Shown here: positions 53,633 to 62,309 of the stretch, piece by piece
How positions within the stretch are numbered: the first letter of the stretch is position 1
Layout of the letters: each line of letters starts with the position of its first letter
Assembly: GCA_964017825.1 (NCBI GenBank)
Contig: CAXHMA010000007.1
Location: 758 to 64,757 of the forward strand
Direction: 5' to 3'
Length of the DNA stretch: 64,000 bases
Source of the DNA: an uncultured Alphaproteobacteria bacterium
GTDB taxonomy: Bacteria > Pseudomonadota > Alphaproteobacteria > RF32 > CAG-239
Made by a program: the position numbers and the translations under genes
Notes under the pieces: model-generated
What the model saw: only the letters and a program-made list of their open reading frames with translations
The model's database searches: none
What the model was told of the DNA's origin: nothing

Positions 53633-54348
53633 CTTAAAAAGTCCTCCGCATTGTGCAGTAATAATTCTTCCAGTTCGCCCGCAGGCATGCCGCTTGCTGC
53701 CGTCAGCCCGCTCAAAATCTCCTGCGCCGTTTCTCCGTATCCGTCTTCTTTGACCTGATACGGTGCGTCCGTTTCAAACAATACTTTCTCCCGCGGCATT
53801 TCCGCAAACATTTCCGCCGCTTTTGCCTGTTTCACAAAATGCGCCCCGAGCCCGAAATACCCGCCGCATGTGTTGATAAATTTAATCAGCTCTCTGTTTT
53901 TCACAAAACCGTGGTAAACAAATTTAACTTCTTTCAGCGCCGCCTCATGAACACGCAGTGCGTCAAAAGCACGCGCCCCGTGCACCAATACCGGACGACC
54001 GAGTTCATGTGCCGATTTAAGCTGCGCGGCAAACAACCTGTGCTGCACCTCATTCGGCGCTTCTTTTATGCCGTCAACACCGATTTCCCCGACCGGCGCC
54101 TGCACAAACCGCCGCAGATATTCCCGCAGTTCATCAACATCAAAGCCCTCCCGACTGCGCCACGGGTGAACGCCGAACGCCGGAACGATTTTTTCGGGAT
54201 ACGCTTCCGCCAGCACCGCGACTTTGGCAAAATCTTCCGCCCCTGCCGAGACCGTCACCAGTTTCTTAGCCGCCGTATCAGCCAAAACCTTTGGTGCAAA
54301 ATCCGCACTAAAATCTTGCAAATGAATATGCGTATCAATAAACTGCAT
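53626..54348 (-). CDS. TatD-family metal-dependent hydrolase
   Basis: It starts MQFIDTHIHL and has TatD length and His/Asp/Glu spacing. Confidence 0.8.
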   Translation of the reverse strand: MQFIDTHIHLQDFSADFAPKVLADTAAKKLVTVSAGAEDFAKVAVLAEAYPEKIVPAFGVHPWRSREGFDVDELREYLRRFVQAPVGEIGVDGIKEAPNEVQHRLFAAQLKSAHELGRPVLVHGARAFDALRVHEAALKEVKFVYHGFVKNRELIKFINTCGGYFGLGAHFVKQAKAAEMFAEMPREKVLFETDAPYQVKEDGYGETAQEILSGLTAASGMPAGELEELLLHNAEDFLRC

Positions 54349-54381
54349 GCAAAACAAACCTTAATCACGAGAGCAATAAAT

Positions 54382-55470
54382 ATGCCTATATATACCACGC
54401 CTGTCCTAAATATCAACTTAAAAAATCTGCTTAAAAATTATGCCCTGTTAAAAGCGCTTTCCGCGCCCGCCGTTGCCGCCGCGGTGGTCAAAGACGACGC
54501 TTACGGTATCGGTGCGGTTGAAGTGGTCAAAGCCTTATATACCGAAGGCTGCCGCCATTACTACGTTGCCCATGCCCGCGAAGGCGCCGTTATCCGCCCG
54601 TTGGCCCCAGAAGCCGCAATTTTTGTTTTGCAGGGTGTCGGTGAGGATTCGCTGCAAGATGTAAAAGCGGCGCATTTAACCCCCGTTATCTGCTCACCTG
54701 CGATGCTTGCCTTCTGGCAGCAAAACGGCGATAAGAATATCCGCCCCGCTATCCAGATTGAAACAGGGTTAAACCGCCTCGGCTTTACCGAAGCAGAGCT
54801 TGCACGCTTGTCAAAAGAAGAATTGGACAGCTTTTCATACGTCTTGTCACACTTAGCCTGCGCCGACGAAGCCGCGCATTTTATGAACGCGCACCAACTC
54901 ACGAACTTCCGCCGCCTCAAAGCACGCTTTTTCCCGAACACGCAGGCAACCCTGTCCGCGTCTGACGGCGTCTTTTTAGGCGATGACTTTCATTTTGACA
55001 TGACGCGCATGGGCGCCGCGATGTACGGCATCAACACCGCGCCTTACCGCCAAAACGAAATGCTGAACATCTTGGAACTGAAAGCCCCCGTTTTGCAGGT
55101 CAAAGAACTGGCCAAGGGCGAATTTGTCGGCTATTCCGCGACCTACCGCGCCCCTAAAGACATGAAAATCGCGATTGTTTCCGTCGGTTACGGCGACGGC
55201 CTGCCCCGCTCGCTCTCCAACCGCGGCAATGTGATTTTTTATGATGAACAAAATAAACCGCACTTCTGCCCGATATTGGGACGCGTCTCCATGGATAACA
55301 TCATTTGCGATGTCACGGCACTGGAAAATATCAGCACCGGAGATTTCGGCTGGTTGATAAACGACGATTACACCGTGGACGATGTCGCCCGCGATGCCGG
55401 CATCATCGCCTACGAGCTGATTTCCAACCTCGGTAAAAACCAAAGGTTTATTAAGAGGTATATTGGTTAG
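54382..55470 (+). CDS. alr: alanine racemase
   Basis: ATG 54382. The long upstream part of ORF 53839.. is antisense to tatD and is rejected. It has the PLP-Lys motif AAVVKDDAYGIG and a C-terminal beta domain. Confidence 0.85.
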   Translation: MPIYTTPVLNINLKNLLKNYALLKALSAPAVAAAVVKDDAYGIGAVEVVKALYTEGCRHYYVAHAREGAVIRPLAPEAAIFVLQGVGEDSLQDVKAAHLTPVICSPAMLAFWQQNGDKNIRPAIQIETGLNRLGFTEAELARLSKEELDSFSYVLSHLACADEAAHFMNAHQLTNFRRLKARFFPNTQATLSASDGVFLGDDFHFDMTRMGAAMYGINTAPYRQNEMLNILELKAPVLQVKELAKGEFVGYSATYRAPKDMKIAIVSVGYGDGLPRSLSNRGNVIFYDEQNKPHFCPILGRVSMDNIICDVTALENISTGDFGWLINDDYTVDDVARDAGIIAYELISNLGKNQRFIKRYIG

Positions 55471-55537
55471 GTATTATTGCGCAATCAATATCAACATTGT
55501 CCCGTTTGTTTAAGTTCCGCGGGACTTAAACAGATGA

Positions 55538-55651
55538 GGAAAATTTTCATAGTGAACCGCGAATGTCCCCCGAAGGAGGGGCGCGTACATAAACGTACGT
55601 AACCCGACTGATGAGGGGCTTCCATTGGCGGAATCAATGTTAAAATTTTCC
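55538..55651. repeat. REP/MITE-like hairpin repeat, copy 3
   Basis: Ends are ggaaaattttcatagtgaacc and, in reverse complement, ggaaaattttaacattgattcc. The core CGTACATAAACGTACGTAAC lies at 55585-55603. The right end supplies the last codons and the stop of murF. Confidence 0.65.
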
Positions 55652-56977
55652 CATTTGTTTAAGTTCCGCCGCGACTTTGAACACTTGCGACGAATAATGC
55701 GCCCCCTTAATCAAAATCGCATCGCCGTCTTTAAGCACGTCATTGAGCAGAAAATCCGCCACGCCGTCAACTGACGGAAAGTAATATTGCGCCACACTTT
55801 CCGGCAGCTGCGCCAGCATGTCCTTTGTCTCTTCGCAAACACCGATAACGACGTCAATGCCGTTTGCCGCCAACTCCTGCCCGACTTCAATATGCGCCTG
55901 TTTGGAATAGTCACCGAGTTCCGCCATTTTGCCCAAAAGCGCGATTTTCCTGCCCTTGACTTCCATTTTGCCCAAAGCTTTGATTGCCAGTTTCACCGCG
56001 TCCGGCTGCCCCGAATAGCTGTCGTCAATCAGCGTCACGCTGCGCCCGTTCAAATTAAGCTGATGCTTCTTTCCTCTGCCTTCCAAAGCACCGAACCCGT
56101 TCACGGCTTCAATGCCTTTTTCCAAGGACAGTCCCAAGGCTTCCGCAACACTCAAAACCGCCCAGGCATTATAGTAATAATGTTCCGCCTCGTCTTGCAG
56201 ATGCAGCTCGGCGGCAGCATGTTTGTTTTTGCCGAACGTATAAATCTTTGCGGCGTGTTTTTCCGCCTCCGCACGCAAAATCTCCGCATGCGCCGTGTCT
56301 TCGTTATATATCGCAATGCCGCCTTTTTTCAGGCCCGAGAAAATTTCTGCCTTTGCCCGCGCAATGTTTTCCAAACTTTTCAAAAACTCAATATGCATCG
56401 GGTAAACATTCGTAACGAGCGCAATATCCGGCTCCGCCAGCGAAACAAGATATTCAATCTCGCCCAAAGCGGACATCCCCATTTCAATCACGGCATATTT
56501 GCTGTTCATATCCAAATCCAGAAGCGACCGCGGCACGCCGACAAAATTATTGAAATTTCCGCTTGTCGCATAGGTCGGCGCATAGGCGGACAGTACTGCT
56601 TTCAACTCTTCTTTTGTCGTCGTCTTGCCCGAGCTTCCGGTCAGGGCAATGAGCGTCCCTTTATATTGCCGGCGGTTATACTGCGCGAGCTTCCCGAACG
56701 CTTTGAGCGTATCCGGCACCACAATCACCCGCGCTTCGTCCGCACCGTCAATCTTTCGTTCAGCAACAACCAGCGGCGCGCCTTTTTCCAACACATCCAA
56801 AATAAAATCATGCCCGTCAAATTTTTCCCCTTTGAGCGCGATAAACAGCGTGTGTTCGTCCACCTTGCGGCTGTCGGTTGAAACCTCTTTTATTTCCGCG
56901 TCAATAACGCTGCCGTTGTATCCCAATATCTCTGCAATTTTCGCTGCGCTCAGTGCTATCATTTTTTTATCCCTCAA
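55640..56977 (-). CDS. murF: UDP-N-acetylmuramoyl-tripeptide--D-alanyl-D-alanine ligase
   Basis: 445 aa with ATP-binding motif TGSSGKTTTKE and Mur ligase middle and C-terminal domains. Confidence 0.9.
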   Translation of the reverse strand: MRDKKMIALSAAKIAEILGYNGSVIDAEIKEVSTDSRKVDEHTLFIALKGEKFDGHDFILDVLEKGAPLVVAERKIDGADEARVIVVPDTLKAFGKLAQYNRRQYKGTLIALTGSSGKTTTKEELKAVLSAYAPTYATSGNFNNFVGVPRSLLDLDMNSKYAVIEMGMSALGEIEYLVSLAEPDIALVTNVYPMHIEFLKSLENIARAKAEIFSGLKKGGIAIYNEDTAHAEILRAEAEKHAAKIYTFGKNKHAAAELHLQDEAEHYYYNAWAVLSVAEALGLSLEKGIEAVNGFGALEGRGKKHQLNLNGRSVTLIDDSYSGQPDAVKLAIKALGKMEVKGRKIALLGKMAELGDYSKQAHIEVGQELAANGIDVVIGVCEETKDMLAQLPESVAQYYFPSVDGVADFLLNDVLKDGDAILIKGAHYSSQVFKVAAELKQMGKF

Positions 56978-57108
56978 TGCTGTTTTTGTTTGCCGTCATT
57001 ATCTGCCCGCAATAGTTAACATGCGGTTAGAAGAATGATATTTTTTTAACTTGATTTTTATAACTTTTTACGTTATTTTAAGCTCTGAAACAACAAAGGA
57101 GCAAACCG

Positions 57109-57558
57109 ATGAAATGCCCTTACTGCGGCAAAACCAACACACAGGTCAAAGATTCTCGCGACACGATTGACGAAACCGCCATCCGCCGCCGGCGCGAATG
57201 TCCGGACTGCGGCGGCAGGTTCACGACCTACGAGCATATTCAACTGCGCGATTTGACCGTGGTGAAGAAAAACGGTGAACGCGTTCCGTTTGACCGCGAA
57301 AAGCTCATGCGTTCCATAAGCCTTGCCGTCAGCAAATGCGGTATTTCAAGCTTTGAAGTTGAACGTCTGGTTGAAGAAATCCGCCGCGAACTGGAAAATT
57401 CCGGCATTCCCGAAATCAGCTCTAAGCAAATCGGCGAAAAAGTCATGGACAGGCTGATTTCAATCAACAAAGTCGCCTACATCCGCTTTGCCTCCGTATA
57501 CAAAGACTTCAAAGAAGTCAAAGACTTTGAAGAATTTGTCGGCAAAATCAGCTCTTAA
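57109..57558 (+). CDS. nrdR: transcriptional repressor NrdR
   Basis: 149 aa with a zinc ribbon (CPYCG...CPDCG) and an ATP-cone. Confidence 0.9.
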   Translation: MKCPYCGKTNTQVKDSRDTIDETAIRRRRECPDCGGRFTTYEHIQLRDLTVVKKNGERVPFDREKLMRSISLAVSKCGISSFEVERLVEEIRRELENSGIPEISSKQIGEKVMDRLISINKVAYIRFASVYKDFKEVKDFEEFVGKISS

Positions 57559-57589
57559 ACAATACATTTTTATAAGGACAGTCAAAGAA

Positions 57590-58075
57590 ATGGCAAAATA
57601 CGTTTCTGAAAAAATAAGAAAAAAATCCGGCGCGCGTCTGGCCGCGGTTCAGGCAGCTTATATGGCGGCATTCTCAGGTCTCAGCGTTGACGAAGTGATT
57701 AATGACTTCTTAAAAGGCGAAGTCGGCCGCTACGCGATTGAAGAAGACGGCATGGCCAACGAAGAAATGGTTGAACTGGAAGAAATTGACAAGCCTTATT
57801 TTGAAAAACTCGTCCGCGGCGTCCATACCCAAAAGGAAGATTTGGAAAACTCGCTCCGCGCTTACTTAAAAGACGGCTCTGCCTATGACCATATGAACGC
57901 GACCATGCAGGCGTTGCTGCTTTGCGCGGTTTATGAACTCGGCTACACCACAGATGTTGATGCCAAAGTCCTTATTCAGGAATATGTGGATTTGGCTTAC
58001 GCTTTCTTCATGAAAAACGAACCCAAAATGATTAATGCCCTTTTGGATCAGATTGCCAAAAACATAAGGATATAA
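57590..58075 (+). CDS. nusB: transcription antitermination factor NusB
   Basis: ATG 57590; the upstream part of ORF 57488.. overlaps nrdR. It has ARLAAVQAAY and the typical NusB length. Confidence 0.85.
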   Translation: MAKYVSEKIRKKSGARLAAVQAAYMAAFSGLSVDEVINDFLKGEVGRYAIEEDGMANEEMVELEEIDKPYFEKLVRGVHTQKEDLENSLRAYLKDGSAYDHMNATMQALLLCAVYELGYTTDVDAKVLIQEYVDLAYAFFMKNEPKMINALLDQIAKNIRI

Positions 58076-58077
58076 CA

Positions 58078-58593
58078 ATGGCGGTATTGAAGCTTCACTC
58101 CTACCCCGATAAAATTTTAAGCAAAAAATGCGAAAAGGTGGCGGAAGTCAACGATGAAATCCGCAAGCTTTTGGACGATATGCTGGAAACCATGTACGCC
58201 GACAAAGGCGTCGGACTTGCCGCGCCGCAGATAGGTCAGAGCAAACGCATTATTGTAGTAGATGATAAAGTCTCCGAAGACGGCACGCCGGGGCCGAACC
58301 CGCGCTTTCTCATCAATCCCGAACTGATTAAAAAATCGGAAGAAACCATTTGGTTTAACGAAGGCTGCCTGTCCGTCCCGGGACAAAGCGCGGAAGTGGA
58401 ACGCCATAAAACGGTAACCGTTAAATATCTGGACTATAACGGCAACGAGCAGATATTGGAAGCAGAAGACTATCTCGCGGTTATCCTGCAGCATGAAACC
58501 GACCACCTTGACGGCATTCTGTACATTGACCGCATCAGCCGCCTCAAACGCAACATGATAATCAAGAAATTGAAAAAACAAAGCGAGGACTGA
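58078..58593 (+). CDS. def: peptide deformylase
   Basis: 171 aa with motifs GVGLAAPQ, EGCLS and QHETDH. Confidence 0.9.
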   Translation: MAVLKLHSYPDKILSKKCEKVAEVNDEIRKLLDDMLETMYADKGVGLAAPQIGQSKRIIVVDDKVSEDGTPGPNPRFLINPELIKKSEETIWFNEGCLSVPGQSAEVERHKTVTVKYLDYNGNEQILEAEDYLAVILQHETDHLDGILYIDRISRLKRNMIIKKLKKQSED

Positions 58594-58670
58594 TATCCCC
58601 GCTTTTTTAACGCCTTGACATTTCAGCCGAAAAAAGCTATACTGAACGATAGTTTGATATCGGAGGCATA

Positions 58671-59561
58671 ATGACTGACAGCAATACAGGTTTTCCCAAA
58701 GTAGACACCTATGATGAGGATATGCAAAAATTTAAACGCCTCAAACGAATATGGAGGGCGATGAAACGAAGCCGGATATTTCAGGCGCTCCGTAAATCCA
58801 GATTAAACCCGTATCATACAACCTTAAAAAGCATAAAGGCACCATCTGCAAAAGAAGCCAGAGAAATTGCCCGCCGCCAAAACCTCGGATATTTCCTTTA
58901 CAAAGGCATTCGTCTGAGCAGCAGTCCGCACCTTCCCTTAGATAAAGAATATGAAAAATACGGCAATATTATTCGCGGCAACACGGATGTCACCTCCCGC
59001 ATTCCCCGAAATAAAACAGGACAATTTGACCTGTTTGCCGAAGAGCCGTTAGTAATTGCCGTCGTACCGGTGGAAGGGCCGTCGCACATCGGACATACGG
59101 CAATGCAATATAAAAACCGCGTTGTTAACAGACGCGGCTGCAAAATGGACGACAAACCGCTTTTTCAGACATACAGCAATCTGGCTGATTATTATTTAAT
59201 CTACCCGCGTCAGGTGGGGCTCTCACCCGAAGTAATTGAAAGTGAAATGGAAAAAGCCGCCATCAGGCATAATAAAGACTATGACATTCTGACAAACAAT
59301 TGCGCCTGCGCTGTTTTTGAAACATTGCAAAACTGCGGCATAACAAATATTAACCTGTTAGGGATGGATAATTGGGGAATAACGTTACCGACCCCGGGAA
59401 ATAATCCGTTTAATTTCGGCATCCGCCCTTGGTGCGAAAAACACGGCGTTCTCATACGCCCCGAAGAAATGCGGGATTTATATAAATACAATACGTTTGC
59501 TTGCGAACAAACAGGCAATAAAACCCGCCTGATTTCACCCACACAAGATTTTTCATTATAA
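58671..59561 (+). CDS. hypothetical protein with a possible PPPDE/DeSI-like papain-fold His...Cys core
   Basis: 296 aa. PSHIGHTAMQY, then about 70 aa later YDILTNNCACAVFETL, resembles the H and NNCxxF catalytic motifs of PPPDE (DUF862) peptidases. The assignment rests on motifs only. Confidence 0.4.
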   Translation: MTDSNTGFPKVDTYDEDMQKFKRLKRIWRAMKRSRIFQALRKSRLNPYHTTLKSIKAPSAKEAREIARRQNLGYFLYKGIRLSSSPHLPLDKEYEKYGNIIRGNTDVTSRIPRNKTGQFDLFAEEPLVIAVVPVEGPSHIGHTAMQYKNRVVNRRGCKMDDKPLFQTYSNLADYYLIYPRQVGLSPEVIESEMEKAAIRHNKDYDILTNNCACAVFETLQNCGITNINLLGMDNWGITLPTPGNNPFNFGIRPWCEKHGVLIRPEEMRDLYKYNTFACEQTGNKTRLISPTQDFSL

Positions 59562-59576
59562 CACAAGGCTTTAATC

Positions 59577-60242
59577 ATGACACCTGTTGTAACCATATCT
59601 CCCGAACTGACCGTGTGCTGCCCGCAGATTGCGCTCGGCATCTTGCGCTATACCGCTGATGTTCTGCCTGCATCCGATGAGCTGAATGCCCGCATCACCG
59701 CCGCCGTTGCCGACGTGCAAAACCGTTATAAATTGGAAGACATTGCCAAACTGCCGCAGATTGCCAATACCCGCACTGCGTATAAAGCATTGGGCAAATC
59801 CCCGAGCGAATACCGCAATTCGGCAGAAGCACTACTGCGTCGCATTGTCAAAGGCTACGGGCTGTATAAAGTCAATAACATTGTTGACACCGGCAACCTT
59901 TTTTCCGTCTTAACCGGATTTTCCGCGGGCTCGTATGATTTAAGCAAAGTCACAGGCAATATCTCACTACGCCACGCCCCCGAAGGAACGCATTATGAGG
60001 GTATCGGCAAAACGAGCGTCAACGTCGGTTTTCTTTCGGCATTATATGATGAAGACGGCGCTTTCGGCAATCCTTGTTCCGACAGCCTGCGTACCAGCGT
60101 CACCGAAACCGCACATGACATTCTGACCGTCATCTACGCCTTCTGCCCCAAAGCCGAACTCACAGCAGCACTTGACGAATATGAAACACTGCTCCAAACC
60201 TATTGCCTCGCGGATATTCAAGAAAAACGCATTTTGAAATAA
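59577..60242 (+). CDS. B3/B4 tRNA-binding-domain protein
   Basis: 221 aa. Its pattern is typical of stand-alone PheT B3/4-like proteins (YKALGKSPSEYRNSAEALLRRIVKG..LYKVNNIVD). Confidence 0.7.
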   Translation: MTPVVTISPELTVCCPQIALGILRYTADVLPASDELNARITAAVADVQNRYKLEDIAKLPQIANTRTAYKALGKSPSEYRNSAEALLRRIVKGYGLYKVNNIVDTGNLFSVLTGFSAGSYDLSKVTGNISLRHAPEGTHYEGIGKTSVNVGFLSALYDEDGAFGNPCSDSLRTSVTETAHDILTVIYAFCPKAELTAALDEYETLLQTYCLADIQEKRILK

Positions 60243-60283
60243 ACAAAAACCGCCCGCCGTCCGAAACAGCGGGCTTATAATCG

Positions 60284-60598
60284 TTAAGCTTTTACGCTGT
60301 ATCGCACATATTCCGCACGCGTAAGCATCAACCCGTATAACTCCGTTTCCATATCAATCAGCGAAAACACCATTTGCTTTTGATAAAAGCGTAATAACAT
60401 CCCCACAGTCATCCAGTTTAGTTTTCTTCCGCCAAATTCCGCATTTTTTATATATTTACTGCGTAATCCGGCCAACTCGGCGACCTGCTCTATCGTAAGC
60501 CCGCGTGTCTTCCGCTCCTCACTCAGTAATCGTCCGATTTTGAGCGTTGTCATCCGATACATATATTTGCCTATGCCTTCTTTTTTTAGATTTTCCAT
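60284..60598 (-). CDS. XRE-family helix-turn-helix regulator
   Basis: 104 aa with the HTH segment IGRLLSEERKTRGLTIEQVAELAGLRSKYI. Confidence 0.7.
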   Translation of the reverse strand: MENLKKEGIGKYMYRMTTLKIGRLLSEERKTRGLTIEQVAELAGLRSKYIKNAEFGGRKLNWMTVGMLLRFYQKQMVFSLIDMETELYGLMLTRAEYVRYSVKA

Positions 60599-60832
60599 AA
60601 TCTTACTCCTTGTTAAATATTAAAACAAAACTGGCGCCTAAAAAAAGCGCCAGGGAGGTAGAAAATCACACTAATAATGACTCTTATAGCCTTCAATATA
60701 TAGCCATAAGCTCCCTGACTTTTATCAAGGAAAAATTAGTGAGAGCCTTCTACAGCCCTATCGGCATCTCTGCCGACAAAAGAAGTATAAAAGAAGACTG
60801 GTTAATGTCAAGTTAAATATAAAAACAGCATA

Positions 60833-60857
60833 ACAAAAAGGGCAGCCGAAGCTGCCC
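60833..60857 (-). terminator. rho-independent terminator downstream of tuf and the repeat
   Basis: The minus strand has gggcagc-ttcg-gctgccc followed by TTTTTG. Confidence 0.55.
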
Positions 60858-60904
60858 TGCAATGGATGGGATAAAGTGCCATCCCCCTATCGTAAAAACA
60901 CGAT

Positions 60905-61008
60905 AAAGGGCGGTGCTGGCGTCGGATGTCCTGCCCCAAAGCGCAGCGTACATAGAGGTACGTGAGCATTTGGGGACAGGCCTCCATCCGGCGATTTGAC
61001 CGCCCTTT
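60905..61008. repeat. REP/MITE-like hairpin repeat, copy 4 (divergent ends)
   Basis: Outer stem aaagggcggt/accgcccttt, with inner pairings ggatg/catcc, cctg/cagg and cccca/tgggg. The core GCGTACATAGAGGTACGTGAG lies at 60945-60966. The element ends 10 nt from the tuf stop. Confidence 0.6.
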
Positions 61009-61017
61009 TGCGCGTTT

Positions 61018-62208
61018 TTACTCTACGATTTTGGTTACAACACCTGCACCAACCGTATGCCCGCCCTCACGGATAGCGAAACGCAAACCTTCGTTCATCG
61101 CAATCGGGTGAATCAATGTGGCGGTCATTGTGATGTTATCGCCCGGCATTACCATTTCTGTACCTTCTTTAAGTTCAATGGAACCCGTTACGTCAGTCGT
61201 ACGGAAATAGAACTGAGGACGATAGTTGTTGAAGAACGGTGTGTGACGGCCGCCTTCTTCTTTCGTCAGAATGTAGCATTCGCAAACGAATTTTGTATGC
61301 GGGGTGATGGAACCCGGAGCTGCCAATACCTGGCCGCGTTCAACTTCTTCACGCTTTGTACCGCGCAGCAATACACCGATGTTGTCGCCGGCTTCGCCTT
61401 CGTCCAACAATTTGCGGAACATTTCAATACCCGTACATGTGGTCTTCTGTGTCGGTTTGATACCTACGATTTCGATTTCATCACCGACATGCAATACACC
61501 GCGTTCTACACGACCGGTAACAACCGTACCGCGGCCGGAAATTGAGAAGACGTCTTCAATCGGCATCAGGAACGGCAAGTCTTTCGGACGATCCGGCTGC
61601 GGAATATAAGAGTCAACAGCTTTCATCAATTCAATAATGGAATCATGACCGATTTTTGCATCGCCGTTTTCCAATACGGCCAATGCCGAACCTTTAACGA
61701 TCGGAATTTCGTCGCCCGGGAATTCATAGGAACTCAACAGGTCGCGGATTTCCATTTCTACCAATTCCAACAACTCAGGATCATCTACCTGGTCTACTTT
61801 GTTCATGTATACAACAATTGCCGGAACGCCTACCTGACGAGCCAACAAGATGTGTTCACGTGTTTGCGGCATCGGACCGTCAGCGGAAGACACAACCAAA
61901 ATCGCACCGTCCATCTGAGCAGCACCCGTAATCATGTTTTTAACATAGTCGGCGTGGCCCGGGCAGTCAACGTGTGCATAGTGGCGGTTTTCCGTCTCGT
62001 ATTCAACGTGAGACGTATTAATGGTAATACCGCGTGCACGCTCTTCAGGAGCTTTATCAATGTTTGCATAATCTACAAATTCAGCATCGCCTTTTTCAGC
62101 CAATACTTTTGTGATTGCTGCCGTTAATGTTGTTTTGCCGTGGTCTACGTGACCGATCGTGCCGATGTTGCAGTGTGGCTTACTGCGTTCAAACTTCTCT
62201 TTTGCCAT
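61018..62208 (-). CDS. tuf: elongation factor Tu
   Basis: 396 aa with [17 protein letters not shown] and NKVD. It is full-length and EF-Tu-like throughout. Confidence 0.97.
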   Translation of the reverse strand: MAKEKFERSKPHCNIGTIGHVDHGKTTLTAAITKVLAEKGDAEFVDYANIDKAPEERARGITINTSHVEYETENRHYAHVDCPGHADYVKNMITGAAQMDGAILVVSSADGPMPQTREHILLARQVGVPAIVVYMNKVDQVDDPELLELVEMEIRDLLSSYEFPGDEIPIVKGSALAVLENGDAKIGHDSIIELMKAVDSYIPQPDRPKDLPFLMPIEDVFSISGRGTVVTGRVERGVLHVGDEIEIVGIKPTQKTTCTGIEMFRKLLDEGEAGDNIGVLLRGTKREEVERGQVLAAPGSITPHTKFVCECYILTKEEGGRHTPFFNNYRPQFYFRTTDVTGSIELKEGTEMVMPGDNITMTATLIHPIAMNEGLRFAIREGGHTVGAGVVTKIVE

Positions 62209-62261
62209 CTTAATCTTCTCCTAATAAAAAGATATCTAAATTATTGATTGCACATGCAATC

Positions 62262-62298
62262 GGAAAAAATGGAGCAGCCGCCGAACAACGGCCGCTCC
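62262..62298 (-). terminator. hairpin plus T-tract between fusA and tuf (attenuator/terminator candidate)
   Basis: The minus strand has ggagcggccg-ttgttcgg-cggctgctcc (one mismatch) followed by ATTTTTTCC. The palindrome gattgcacatgcaatc lies adjacent at 62247-62262. Confidence 0.4.
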
Positions 62299-62309
62299 GG
62301 TTAAACTTA

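Noticed and set aside
53839-54381. Long N-terminal extension of the alr ORF (the ORF track starts at 53839)
   Set aside because: The extension is antisense to tatD and Arg/Phe-rich. Alanine racemase homology begins at MPIYTTPVLNINL (ATG 54382).
60610-60816. 68-aa plus-strand ORF between the XRE gene and tuf
   Set aside because: It has a TTG-type start without an SD, overlaps hairpin/terminator structures, and has no recognisable family. It is probably non-coding.
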